From: Actinomycetota bacterium
Lineage (GTDB): Bacteria > Actinomycetota > Acidimicrobiia > Acidimicrobiales > JACDEA01
Length of the DNA stretch: 39,090 nt
Assembly: GCA_013816725.1 (NCBI GenBank)
Contig: JACDEA010000002.1
Location: forward strand, 6,486-45,575
Reading direction: 5' to 3'
The notes beneath the pieces were generated by a model. The model did no database searches. It worked only from the letters and a program-made list of their open reading frames with translations, and was not told where the DNA came from. How positions within the stretch are numbered: position 1 is the first letter of the stretch; each line of letters begins with the position of its first letter. This document shows, piece after piece, positions 9,853-18,029 of the stretch. The position numbers and the translations under genes are program-made.

Positions 9853-10730
9853 GCAGGTCGGCGGTCGCACCGCTCAGAGAGGTCGACGACGCAGCTGCCG
9901 CCGCCATCGAGGCAGCGCGCCAGTCGGGCGTCGACATCGTTGCCCTCGACCAGATCGACCAGCTCACCGACGGTGCCGCGCTCTTGGCCACCATCTGGGG
10001 GGCTGATGACGAGGGAGCGGTCGTGTCGAAGGATGTGCTTCGGGCCATGGCCCACAGCGGCAACTACGTCGCCGGCGCCTATCTGGGCACGCGCTTGGTC
10101 GGGATGTCGGTCGGGTTTCTCGGGATGCACGAGGGCGACACCCATCTGCATTCGCACATCTCAGGGGTGGCCCGCGACGTACAGAACCGCCGCATCGGTT
10201 TCGCGCTGAAGCAGCACCAGCGGGCGTGGAGTCTCCGGCGCGGCCTCGACCTCGTGGTGTGGACGTTCGACCCGCTGGTGCGACGCAACGCGTCGTTCAA
10301 CTTGGCCAGGCTCGGCGCTGAGGTCACGGCGTTCCATCCGAACTTCTACGGACACATGGAAGACACCGTCAACGCCGGAGACGAAAGCGATCGAGCCGTC
10401 GTCGAGTGGGCGCTGTTGTCATCCGCCGCTGTGCGAGCGGCCACCCGGGTAGCCGGCCCGTCCAACACGGCCGATCCAACGGGCGACATCGTCCTGCGCG
10501 ATCGGGGCGATGGCCGCCCTGAGGTGTGCGAGGGGCATGGGCGGCGATTGGCCGCGTGGGTGCCTCCTGACATCGTCGAGCTGCGGCGCGTCGACTCGGC
10601 CTTGGCCCTCGACTGGCGGAGGGCATTGCGCAGCACGTTCGGCCGAGCAGTGGAAGACGGGTACGTGGCCACGAACATGACGAAGACCGGGTGGTATGAG
10701 CTCGAGCGAAGAAAGGAAGGAAGGACGTGA
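9849..10730 (+). CDS. GNAT family N-acyltransferase (candidate D-amino-acid N-succinyl/acetyltransferase)
   Basis: ATG 9849 (ATGA overlap with the PucR stop) is preferred to the 9723 start. GNAT core around HISGVARDVQNRRIGFALKQHQRAW. Position directly upstream of a racemase-type OSBS gene. Confidence 0.65.
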   Translation: MSRSAVAPLREVDDAAAAAIEAARQSGVDIVALDQIDQLTDGAALLATIWGADDEGAVVSKDVLRAMAHSGNYVAGAYLGTRLVGMSVGFLGMHEGDTHLHSHISGVARDVQNRRIGFALKQHQRAWSLRRGLDLVVWTFDPLVRRNASFNLARLGAEVTAFHPNFYGHMEDTVNAGDESDRAVVEWALLSSAAVRAATRVAGPSNTADPTGDIVLRDRGDGRPEVCEGHGRRLAAWVPPDIVELRRVDSALALDWRRALRSTFGRAVEDGYVATNMTKTGWYELERRKEGRT

Positions 10731-11830
10731 AGCTTGAAGCCCTCGAGCTTCGACGGATCGGGATCCCCCTGATCGCGCCGTTCCGCACGTCGTTCGGCAC
10801 CGAGACCGCCCGCGACGTTCTTCTCGTGCGCGCCGTCTCACCCGACAGCGAAGGATGGGGTGAGTGCGTCGCCATGTCCGAGCCGCTTTATTCGAGCGAG
10901 TACGTCGACATGGCCCAGCACGTCATCGTCCACCACCTCGCCCCCCGCCTCCTGGCCACTGGTGATCTGACGGCCGCCTTGGTCGCCAACGTCCTCGCTC
11001 CGGTCAAAGGCCACCCGATGGCCAAGGCCGCGCTCGAGACGGCCGTTCTCGATGCCGAGCTGCGGGCGACGAGCACACCGCTCTCGGCTTATCTGGGAGC
11101 CGTTCGAGCCGAAGTCGACTCCGGAGTATCGGTGGGGATCATGGGATCGATCCCCGAACTGCTCGACGCGGTAACCACCTACCTCGACCAGGGATACATG
11201 CGCATCAAACTCAAGATCGAACCGGGGTGGGACGTCGCGCCGGTGCGGGCCGTGCGGGAGCGTTTCGGCGACGAACTCTTGCTCCAAGTCGATGCCAACA
11301 CCGCGTACACGCTGGCCGACGCCCCCCACCTTGCCAAGCTCGACCCGTTCGACCTCCTCCTCATCGAGCAGCCGTTGCCGGAGGACGACGTTCGGGGCCA
11401 CGCACAACTCGCCAAGCAGATCACGACGCCCGTCTGCCTCGACGAGTCGATTGAGTCAGCTCGCGACGCGGCGGCGGCCATCGCAATCGGCGCGTGTGCG
11501 GTCATCAACATCAAACCGGGCCGCGTCGGCGGCTACCTCGAGGCCCGCCGAGTGCACGACGTGTGCACGGCCAACGGCGTGCCGGTCTGGTGTGGCGGCA
11601 TGCTCGAGACCGGCATCGGCCGAGCCGCGAACGTTGCCCTCGCCGCGCTGCCCGGCTTCGTCCTTCCGGGCGACACGTCGGCCAGTGACCGCTACTTCGA
11701 GGAGGACATCACTGAGCCGTTTGTGCTCCACGACGGACGCCTCCGCGTGCCTGACGGAACCGGCATCGGCGTGACGCCGATCGCTGAGATCCTCAAAGCC
11801 CGCACGACATGGACTGAGACGCTCACATGA
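10727..11830 (+). CDS. Enolase-superfamily o-succinylbenzoate synthase / N-succinyl(acyl)amino-acid racemase (NSAR)
   Basis: MKLEALELRRIGIPLIAPFRTSFGTE. KxK (IKLKIEPGWD), metal ligands in QVDAN, LIEQP and CLDES, and a second catalytic Lys in INIKPGRVGG. Closely colinear with the Amycolatopsis N-acylamino-acid racemase as I remember it. GTGA overlap upstream and ATGA overlap downstream. Confidence 0.85.
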   Translation: MKLEALELRRIGIPLIAPFRTSFGTETARDVLLVRAVSPDSEGWGECVAMSEPLYSSEYVDMAQHVIVHHLAPRLLATGDLTAALVANVLAPVKGHPMAKAALETAVLDAELRATSTPLSAYLGAVRAEVDSGVSVGIMGSIPELLDAVTTYLDQGYMRIKLKIEPGWDVAPVRAVRERFGDELLLQVDANTAYTLADAPHLAKLDPFDLLLIEQPLPEDDVRGHAQLAKQITTPVCLDESIESARDAAAAIAIGACAVINIKPGRVGGYLEARRVHDVCTANGVPVWCGGMLETGIGRAANVALAALPGFVLPGDTSASDRYFEEDITEPFVLHDGRLRVPDGTGIGVTPIAEILKARTTWTETLT

Positions 11831-12975
11831 GGCGGGACGAACTCGACGCAACACTCGTCGATCGGCTTCGTTCGCGCACCGAGGCAATGGTTGACCTGCT
11901 CGCCGACCTTGTGGCCGTCGAGTCACCGTCCGCCGACCGCGACGGCACGTCCCGGTGCGCCGACCTGGTCCAGGACGCGGGCAAGCAACTGCTTGGTGAG
12001 CCGGCCGAGATGATCGTCGTGGACGGCACCACGCACCTCCGCTGGTGCTTCGGCGAGCAGGCCGGTGGCGTGCTCTTGGTCGGCCATCTCGACACGGTCT
12101 GGCCGGTCGGCACCATTGAGCGTTGGCCGTTCTCCGTCTCCGATGGCCGGGCTACCGGACCTGGCGCATTCGACATGAAGGGCGGGATCGTCCAGCTTCT
12201 CTACGGCCTGACCGCCCTCGATTCCCTCGACGGCGTGACCGTGCTCATCACGGCGGACGAGGAGATCGGTTCGCCGTCGTCACGCCAGCTGATCATCGAC
12301 GAGGTGGCCGGCAAGCAGGCGGCACTGATCCTCGAACCGGCTGTCGGCGACGACCTCAAGACGGCCCGCAAAGGTGTGTCGATGTACGACGTCGAGATCA
12401 CCGGCCGGGCCGCCCATGCCGGCCTCGAACCCGAGCGCGGTGCAAACGCCACGATCGAGCTAGCCCACCAGGTCCTTCGCATCGCCGGCCTCGGCGAACC
12501 CACAGCCGGCACCACCGTCACCCCAACCGTCGCCGCCGCTGGCGCGACGACGAACACAGTTCCGGCCTTCGCTCGGCTTCATGTCGACGTGCGAGCATTC
12601 TCCGTCGAGGAGCAGCGGCGGGTCGACGCCGAGATGAAGGCGAGCTCGCCTTCGGTCGACGGCGTATCGGTCGACATTCGTGGTGGTCCGAATCGGCCGC
12701 CCATGCCGTCGTCGGCGTCTGTTGCCCTTCTCGCCCGGGCCCAGTTCGTTGCCGCCCGCCTGGGGCTGACGCCACCCGGTGGCATTGCGGTCGGTGGTGG
12801 CTCCGACGGCAACTTCACCGCCGGCGCCGGCGTGCCCACCCTCGACGGCCTCGGCGCCGTCGGTGCGAACGCGCACGCCGAAGGCGAGTACCTCGAGGTT
12901 TCCCGCATGGCGGAGCGTGCAGCCCTGGTTGCCCGATTGATCACCGATCTTTTGGTCGAGCGAGTCAGCCACTGA
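11827..12975 (+). CDS. M20 family metallohydrolase (carboxypeptidase G2 / N-acyl-L-amino-acid amidohydrolase-like)
   Basis: LLVGHLDTVWP, GPGAFDMKGG and ITADEEIGS metal-ligand motifs. Dimerisation-domain-sized insert. ATGA overlap with the racemase gene. Confidence 0.8.
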   Translation: MRRDELDATLVDRLRSRTEAMVDLLADLVAVESPSADRDGTSRCADLVQDAGKQLLGEPAEMIVVDGTTHLRWCFGEQAGGVLLVGHLDTVWPVGTIERWPFSVSDGRATGPGAFDMKGGIVQLLYGLTALDSLDGVTVLITADEEIGSPSSRQLIIDEVAGKQAALILEPAVGDDLKTARKGVSMYDVEITGRAAHAGLEPERGANATIELAHQVLRIAGLGEPTAGTTVTPTVAAAGATTNTVPAFARLHVDVRAFSVEEQRRVDAEMKASSPSVDGVSVDIRGGPNRPPMPSSASVALLARAQFVAARLGLTPPGGIAVGGGSDGNFTAGAGVPTLDGLGAVGANAHAEGEYLEVSRMAERAALVARLITDLLVERVSH

Positions 12976-13131
12976 GCGGCGTCGTGGGGGCGGCCTCGCC
13001 CACGAGCCCGTCGACGGCCTCACCCTGGTCGAGCGTTCCCGTCTCGAGTAGACGCGTCACGCCGCGTCGCGAGCGGTCGACGGTCCGACTCCACAGGCGG
13101 TATAGATCGTCCTCCGCCGCGTGCTCGCCCT

Positions 13132-13857
13132 CTATGCGGCGAGCCGCGATCCCGGCGTGGCGCCGGCCGATGGCAGTCGCCCTTGCAGCACCTCGAGGGC
13201 GTACTTGGCCGGGCCGCGAGAGGAGTAGTTCGGGCACTGGGGGCTGTCGCCGCAGGGTTCCATGTCGCTGGCCGACACGAAGCCGCCGCCCGCGCTGAAG
13301 AAGGCGATCGACAACGGGATCCGGGTGTTGCGCATCCAGAACGACCGCTCCTGCTCGTCGTCGAATCGAAAGATCATTCCGTCGTAACCATCGAGGTCGT
13401 CCTGACGCATGAGCCCTTGCTGCTGCTGTGAGGGCGTGTCGGCGGTGAGCACGCATCTGCGGTGCGTGCCGTCGGCGTTCGTGACGACGATCTCCGTCGA
13501 CCCGAAGCCGTCGAAGTCGGAGCCTGACGCCGGCTGCGGGCAGGGCTTTGGTGACGCGACGGCCGCCGTCGTCGAGGACGCCCGGACTCGAGCCGGTGTT
13601 CTGGCCGATGCAGCGGCCGATGCAGCGGGCGACGGAGCGGCCGACGCAGCGGCCATATGCGGCGGCAGCGTCGATGACGTTGCAACCGACGGGAGCGTGG
13701 TCGACGTCGAGGACGTGCTGGCAATGGTGCTGGAGGCCGCAGTGAGGCGAGCTGCGTCATCCCCGTCGCCAGCGGTGAGCGCGACCGCCAGCGCGACGCC
13801 GGCGGCCACCACGGCGATGGCGACGGCAGGGATCAGCCAACGACGGTCAACGCGCAC
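13132..13857 (-). CDS. Membrane-anchored DUF192 (COG1430) domain protein with an Ala/Ser/Thr-rich linker
   Basis: N-terminal TM helix (WLIPAVAIAVVAAGVALAVAL) and a low-complexity linker. C-terminal GLMRQDDLDGYDGMIFRFDDEQERSFWMRNTRIPLSIAFF...YALEV matches the DUF192 pattern. Confidence 0.7.
   Translation of the reverse strand: MRVDRRWLIPAVAIAVVAAGVALAVALTAGDGDDAARLTAASSTIASTSSTSTTLPSVATSSTLPPHMAAASAAPSPAASAAASARTPARVRASSTTAAVASPKPCPQPASGSDFDGFGSTEIVVTNADGTHRRCVLTADTPSQQQQGLMRQDDLDGYDGMIFRFDDEQERSFWMRNTRIPLSIAFFSAGGGFVSASDMEPCGDSPQCPNYSSRGPAKYALEVLQGRLPSAGATPGSRLAA
13603..13662. repeat. Imperfect 12-bp tandem repeat, about 5 units, inside the DUF192 linker
   Basis: ggccgatgcagc ggccgatgcagc gggcgacggagc ggccgacgcagc ggccatatgcgg. 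It encodes the AASAA/PSPAA low-complexity stretch on the minus strand. Confidence 0.7.
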
Positions 13858-13932
13858 GTCGCGTGCCTACCACCTCAGCGGTTGGCGCAGCGCGGCTTGC
13901 GTTGAGGCGCCCACTTGACATAGGAGCAAGCC

Positions 13933-14763
13933 ATGCAGAAGACGATTCTGATCACCGGGGCCAATACCGGCATCGGCAAGGCCACCGCCGAAGCGCTGGC
14001 CGACGACGGCCACCGGCTCTATCTGGCGTGCCGCAACGAGGCCAAGACCCGCCCCGTCATCGAGGAGATCGCCGCCGCCACCGGCAACACCGACGTGCAC
14101 TTCCTGCCGCTGGACCTCACCAGCCTGGCCTCGGTACGCGCCTGCGCCGCGCAGTTCCTGGCCGAGGACGTTCCGCTGCACGTCCTCGTCAACAACGCCG
14201 GCGTGGGCGGTCAGCAGGGCATCACCGTCGACGGCTTCGAGCTGGCCTTCGGCACGAACCACCTGGGCCACTTCCTGCTAACCAACCTCCTGCTCGACAA
14301 GCTCAAGGCCAGCGCGCCGGCCCGCATCGTCAGCGTGTCGAGCATTGGGCACTACCAGGCCCGCGGGATCGACTGGGACGCGGTGCGGGAGCCGACCAAG
14401 GGCCTGACGGCGATGGGGGAGTACGGCGTGTCCAAGCTGGCCAACGTCCGCCACGCCCAGGAGCTGGCCCGGCGGCTGGAGGGGACCGGGGTCACCACCT
14501 ACTCGCTGCACCCGGGCGCGATCGCGTCCGACATCTGGCAGCGGCGGCTCCCCGGGCCGCTGGCGTCGATCCTCAAGCTGTTCATGAAGTCGACCGAGGA
14601 AGGGGCCAAGACCACGCTGTGGTGCGCCTCGGCGCCGGAGCTGGCCGACGAGACGGGGCTCTACTACGACGGCTGCAAGCAGAAGGCGCCGAGCAAGGTC
14701 GCCACGCCCGAACTCGCCGCTGAGCTGTGGCGTCGCAGCGAGGAATGGACCGCGGTGCCCTAG
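13933..14763 (+). CDS. Short-chain dehydrogenase/reductase (retinol-dehydrogenase-like SDR)
   Basis: TGANTGIGKA (TGxxxGxG), NNAG, and SS...YGVSKLAN (YxxxK). Confidence 0.85.
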   Translation: MQKTILITGANTGIGKATAEALADDGHRLYLACRNEAKTRPVIEEIAAATGNTDVHFLPLDLTSLASVRACAAQFLAEDVPLHVLVNNAGVGGQQGITVDGFELAFGTNHLGHFLLTNLLLDKLKASAPARIVSVSSIGHYQARGIDWDAVREPTKGLTAMGEYGVSKLANVRHAQELARRLEGTGVTTYSLHPGAIASDIWQRRLPGPLASILKLFMKSTEEGAKTTLWCASAPELADETGLYYDGCKQKAPSKVATPELAAELWRRSEEWTAVP

Positions 14764-14804
14764 CGGCCCGGCGGAGTGCGACTGGTAGCTTCGGTCCTCC
14801 GCTC

Positions 14805-14880
14805 GGCCCCATCGTCTAGCGGCCTAGGACACCACCCTCTCAAGGTGGCGGCACGGGTTCGAATCCCGTTGGGGCTGCCA
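14805..14880 (+). tRNA. tRNA-Glu (anticodon CUC), CCA encoded
   Basis: Hand-folded cloverleaf. Acceptor GGCCCCA/TGGGGCT (G1-U72 wobble). D arm GTCT-AGCGGCCTA-GGAC. Anticodon arm CCACC-CTCTCAA-GGTGG. Variable loop CGGC. T arm ACGGG-TTCGAAT-CCCGT. Discriminator G plus CCA. The D arm matches the tRNA-Glu type. Confidence 0.9.
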
Positions 14881-16456
14881 CAGGTTTCATTGTGCGAACA
14901 CCGCGGCCGGCAGGGTCGGTGTTCGTCGCCGGCAAGCCGCGGCACAGTTTGTAGGTGGGCCGAACGCGGTTCCGTGCTTCCACACGTAGCTCGTGGACGA
15001 ATGCGTGAGCGAGCGCTTTTCGGACGGGGGCCGACGCGTGTTCTGCCGCGGTCGCCAATTGTTGTCGCACGACGTCAATCTCCGCCAGCGTCGGGATCCC
15101 AGTGTTGGCAGGGTCGACGGCGGCGTGAAGCTCGGCTCGGTGAGCGCGGAGTGTCCTCGCAGTGGCGCCAAGCTCATGGACGCGGTCTCCGAACATGTCT
15201 TCGGTGACTGTCCCGTTTTCGAAGGCGAGCATGTAGCGCTGGGTGGCTGCTTCTGTCTTGCGCAGTTCGGCGTCGAGGGCGGTCAGCTCTTTCTGGTTTT
15301 GGCGTGTCCTCGCGGCTGCGTCTTTGCGGTGGGCTGTCGTGGCGTCGGCGAGGAGGTCTGGGGCCGCGTAGAGCTGCACGAGGGCGGCGAAGACGGCGGT
15401 TTCGAGTTCGTCGGCGCGGATGCGTTCGGCGTCGCATCCGGTGAGTCCGTAGCGCTGTCGGGTGGAGCAGATGTAGTAGCGGTAGCGATGTCGTTTGCCT
15501 GTCGCCGAGGCGCCGACGTATTTCCCTTTGCAACGGTCGCACACCATGAGACCGGTGAGCGCGTAGTCCGAGGGTCGATCGGTGAAGCGCTTTTCGTATC
15601 CTTCGCCGCGCTCATCGATGAGTTGCTGGGCCCGGTCGAAGAGCGCGGGCTCGATGAACGGATGATCGGCACTCTTGTACCAGGTACCGCGGAAGTAGAT
15701 CTCGCCCAGGTACGAGCGGTTCCGGATCATGTCGAGGATGACCTTGGCGCTCCACGGTTTGCCCCAGCGCGTCCGATGCCCGTCGGCGTTCAGCTCTGCG
15801 GCCAGCGTCACCGCTCCGAGCCGGCCGTCGGTGTAGCGCTCGAAGATCCGTTGCACGATCGGAAACTCCGACGGCTCGATCGCGAGCCGCTTCTCGGAAT
15901 CGGTCGTCAGGCCGTGCGGGAGTTTTCCGCCCAGCCATGCGCCGGTCGCCGCCTTGCGTTCCATGCCGTTGATGACACGATCGATGATCGTGGCCCGCTC
16001 GAACTCGGCGAAGACACCGAGCAGCTGCACGAGCATTCGCCCGGTGGCCGATGACGTGTCGATGGGCTCGGTGGCGGAGCGGAACGCGACGCCGGCCTCT
16101 TCCAGCTCCTCGAGCAGCTGGACCAAGACCTTCAACGACCGGGCGAAGCGGTCGACCCGGTAGACGAGCAACACGTCGAATCGTCCGACGCGGGCGTCGC
16201 GCATGGCGCGGCTCAGGTCGGGGCGTTCCGCCTTGGCGCCGCTCATCTGATCTTCGTAGGTCTCGACGTGAACCCAACCGGGCTGCGTCGGGATGAACCC
16301 CAGAAGCCGGTGGCGCTGCGCGTCCAGTGAGAACGGCTGGTGTTCCTCGTCGGTCGAGATGCGGAGGTAGATCGCGACGCGCACCGACGACGGCGCGTTC
16401 CCCTTGCCGAGCGCGGCTCCGGTCTGCTTCTTGTCTTCAGGCTTCGATCGGCTCAT
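14840..16456 (-). CDS. Large serine recombinase (serine integrase: resolvase catalytic domain + recombinase domain + zinc ribbon + coiled coil)
   Basis: VRVAIYLRISTDEE (catalytic Ser), DVLLVYRVDRFARS, RSYLGEIYFRG, and CDRCKGKY...YYICSTRQRYGLTGC (Zn ribbon). GGAAAGG Shine-Dalgarno 7-13 nt before ATG 16456. The last 13 codons (KPVAAPTGFEPVPPP) are antisense to the tRNA-Glu 3' half. Confidence 0.85.
   Translation of the reverse strand: MSRSKPEDKKQTGAALGKGNAPSSVRVAIYLRISTDEEHQPFSLDAQRHRLLGFIPTQPGWVHVETYEDQMSGAKAERPDLSRAMRDARVGRFDVLLVYRVDRFARSLKVLVQLLEELEEAGVAFRSATEPIDTSSATGRMLVQLLGVFAEFERATIIDRVINGMERKAATGAWLGGKLPHGLTTDSEKRLAIEPSEFPIVQRIFERYTDGRLGAVTLAAELNADGHRTRWGKPWSAKVILDMIRNRSYLGEIYFRGTWYKSADHPFIEPALFDRAQQLIDERGEGYEKRFTDRPSDYALTGLMVCDRCKGKYVGASATGKRHRYRYYICSTRQRYGLTGCDAERIRADELETAVFAALVQLYAAPDLLADATTAHRKDAAARTRQNQKELTALDAELRKTEAATQRYMLAFENGTVTEDMFGDRVHELGATARTLRAHRAELHAAVDPANTGIPTLAEIDVVRQQLATAAEHASAPVRKALAHAFVHELRVEARNRVRPTYKLCRGLPATNTDPAGRGVRTMKPVAAPTGFEPVPPP
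14895..14925. repeat. Perfect 9-bp inverted repeat (CGAACACCG-N13-CGGTGTTCG) 15 nt downstream of the tRNA; either a tRNA terminator or an att-site half-site pair
   Basis: Read directly from the sequence. It lies inside the 3' end of the recombinase ORF on the other strand. Confidence 0.6.
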
Positions 16457-16549
16457 TTTTGATGCCTTTCCGCCGTCGGGCGAACCTTCAACTGGCTCGG
16501 GCTGCCTCGTCGGCGCTGCTGCTGGTGACGTCGAGTGTGGCCCTTGCCG

Positions 16550-16738
16550 TCATACTCTCGCACCCGCCGTTGCCGCGATCTCGTAACTCTCGCTCAGCAA
16601 GTTGGCAAGCGCTGCGACGGCGGCCTGGCGCTGTTCGTCGTCCATCGTGACGAAGTGTGCGGGAAGGAGACGGAAGTCCGTCGCTGCCGGTGAGCGCACG
16701 CGGCACCGTCGGCTCGGCACTGCTTTCGATCGTGACAT
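16550..16738 (-). CDS. Hypothetical small protein (possibly only the ATG 16645 core, MDDEQRQAAVAALANLLSESYEIAATAGARV)
   Basis: ORF track only. The 3' half has good third-position GC. A competing overlapping frame (16488..16790) exists. Confidence 0.25.
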   Translation of the reverse strand: MSRSKAVPSRRCRVRSPAATDFRLLPAHFVTMDDEQRQAAVAALANLLSESYEIAATAGARV

Positions 16739-16773
16739 GCGGCGAGCGTGAACGGCGACCCTCAGCGAAAACC

Positions 16774-17061
16774 TCAGCGTTGTGAGTCATCGATCGGAGT
16801 TTCCTTCCCGAGTCTCAGCGTCTGGGCGCTGTGTCGCACAACACGCCTGGTACGACGGTTGACGCCGTGGAAGCGCTCGTGAGCGGCCTGGCGCGTGATC
16901 CCGAAGGCCGCGCCGATGTCGGACCAGCTCGCACCACACGCGTGCGCCTCAAGGACGTACGACCTTGCCTGACGCTTCAACTCGTTGGCACGCTCGTCGG
17001 CTTGACGAGCCAGTCTGAGCAGGCCCTCGGTGTTTTCGGAGGTCTTCACACAGTTCTCCAA
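16774..17061 (-). CDS. Small helix-turn-helix protein (possible regulator or directionality factor of the element)
   Basis: 95 aa. GASWSDIGAAFGITRQAAHERF is a classic HTH. TTG 17061 or GTG 17049 could be the start. Confidence 0.55.
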   Translation of the reverse strand: MENCVKTSENTEGLLRLARQADERANELKRQARSYVLEAHACGASWSDIGAAFGITRQAAHERFHGVNRRTRRVVRHSAQTLRLGKETPIDDSQR

Positions 17062-17198
17062 CGATCAGACGATCAAGGAGAGAACCGATGTCGCCGGCTC
17101 CGAGCTGAGTGCATTATCGCGCTCGCCTCGCGCTTTTCGGTCGCGGAATGTACGTAGATGCCGCGGAAGGTTTCCGCCACGACCACGAGGTGACATCG

Positions 17199-17930
17199 AT
17201 GACCGAACCAGTCGACCCGCGTCAAGAACACAGCAACCCCTTGAAGCACGACACAGACTTGCCGTTACCGCAAAGCGGCAACGGCGGAAACACGTCGCGC
17301 GCGTCAACCATGGCTTCGCTGCCCCCCGCGGCTGAGTTGATGATCGCCCTCGACGAGGCGCTGCTGATACCCGATGGTCCACCCCTCCACGAGTTGGACC
17401 CGCAGGCAGTTCTCGATTGGGCGCAGGCCGCCGCGCGAGGCCTGACATTCCGCCGGGATCGGGTGCGACTGGTCCGCCAGCTCCTGCGTGTCCTCGACGA
17501 CGAGTGGCGCTCCGCGTACGCGGCCGATCTGCTGCGTCTACAGATCGAAACGCGGGAACGGGACCGGCTTGACCGCGTCCAAGGCACCTTCTGGCGGCGT
17601 CGCGACAACTTCCGAGCCGCGCAACAACCGACGCACGTAGTCGTAGACATCGAGGCATGGCGGCGTGCCAAGGCCGCGGCGTTGTGCCGAAACACGACCG
17701 TTGGCGTGATCGTTGGTGAAGTGGTAGCCGCAGAGGTCGTTCGCCCTCGCATGCGCGACCGGCCAGCGGCTGTTGGAAATTCCGAGATCAGGCTGTTCGC
17801 CCGCCTCGCCGTCGAGAAGGAAACGTGGGTCGTTTTACGCTCGCTCGCCGCCGGGAATCGCATGGCAGTCGAGCGCTTCGTCGGGACACTTGTCGAAGCG
17901 ACGTTCCCGGCGGACATCACGAGACGATGA
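17199..17930 (+). CDS. Hypothetical protein with two C-terminal ribbon-helix-helix-like modules
   Basis: ATG 17199, with GAGGTG 8 nt upstream, is preferred to 17109. HVVVDIEAWRRAKAAALCRNTTVGVIVGEVVAAEV and IRLFARLAVEKETWVVLRSLAAGNRMAVERFVGTLVEATF each fit a beta-strand/helix/helix (CopG/Arc) pattern. Confidence 0.5.
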   Translation: MTEPVDPRQEHSNPLKHDTDLPLPQSGNGGNTSRASTMASLPPAAELMIALDEALLIPDGPPLHELDPQAVLDWAQAAARGLTFRRDRVRLVRQLLRVLDDEWRSAYAADLLRLQIETRERDRLDRVQGTFWRRRDNFRAAQQPTHVVVDIEAWRRAKAAALCRNTTVGVIVGEVVAAEVVRPRMRDRPAAVGNSEIRLFARLAVEKETWVVLRSLAAGNRMAVERFVGTLVEATFPADITRR

Positions 17931-18029
17931 ATCGTGGCTCTTGAAAAGTAAAGGGCCGGCGCCGGTCAGTCGCGTGGCGTACCGATCGCAGCAGCCGCGG
18001 ACCGAGGCGTCGCTTCGAATACAGACGGC

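Larger units (their letters stand above)
14840..18029. mobile_element. Putative small integrated element next to tRNA-Glu (serine integrase + 2-3 small DNA-binding-type genes); right boundary not defined
   Basis: The integrase abuts and overlaps the tRNA. Cargo genes have no housekeeping function and include visibly less GC-rich stretches (16457-17200). I could not find a tRNA-derived direct repeat at the distal end. Confidence 0.4.

Noticed and set aside
12976-13131. Open minus-strand frame (…EHAAEDDLYRLWSRTVDRSRRGVTRLLETGTLDQGEAVDGLVGEAAPTTPLSG) between the M20 and DUF192 genes; listed ORF 12965..13456
   Set aside because: The frame has no plausible start downstream of the DUF192 stop. The long version overlaps the DUF192 gene out of frame. 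No motif was recognised.
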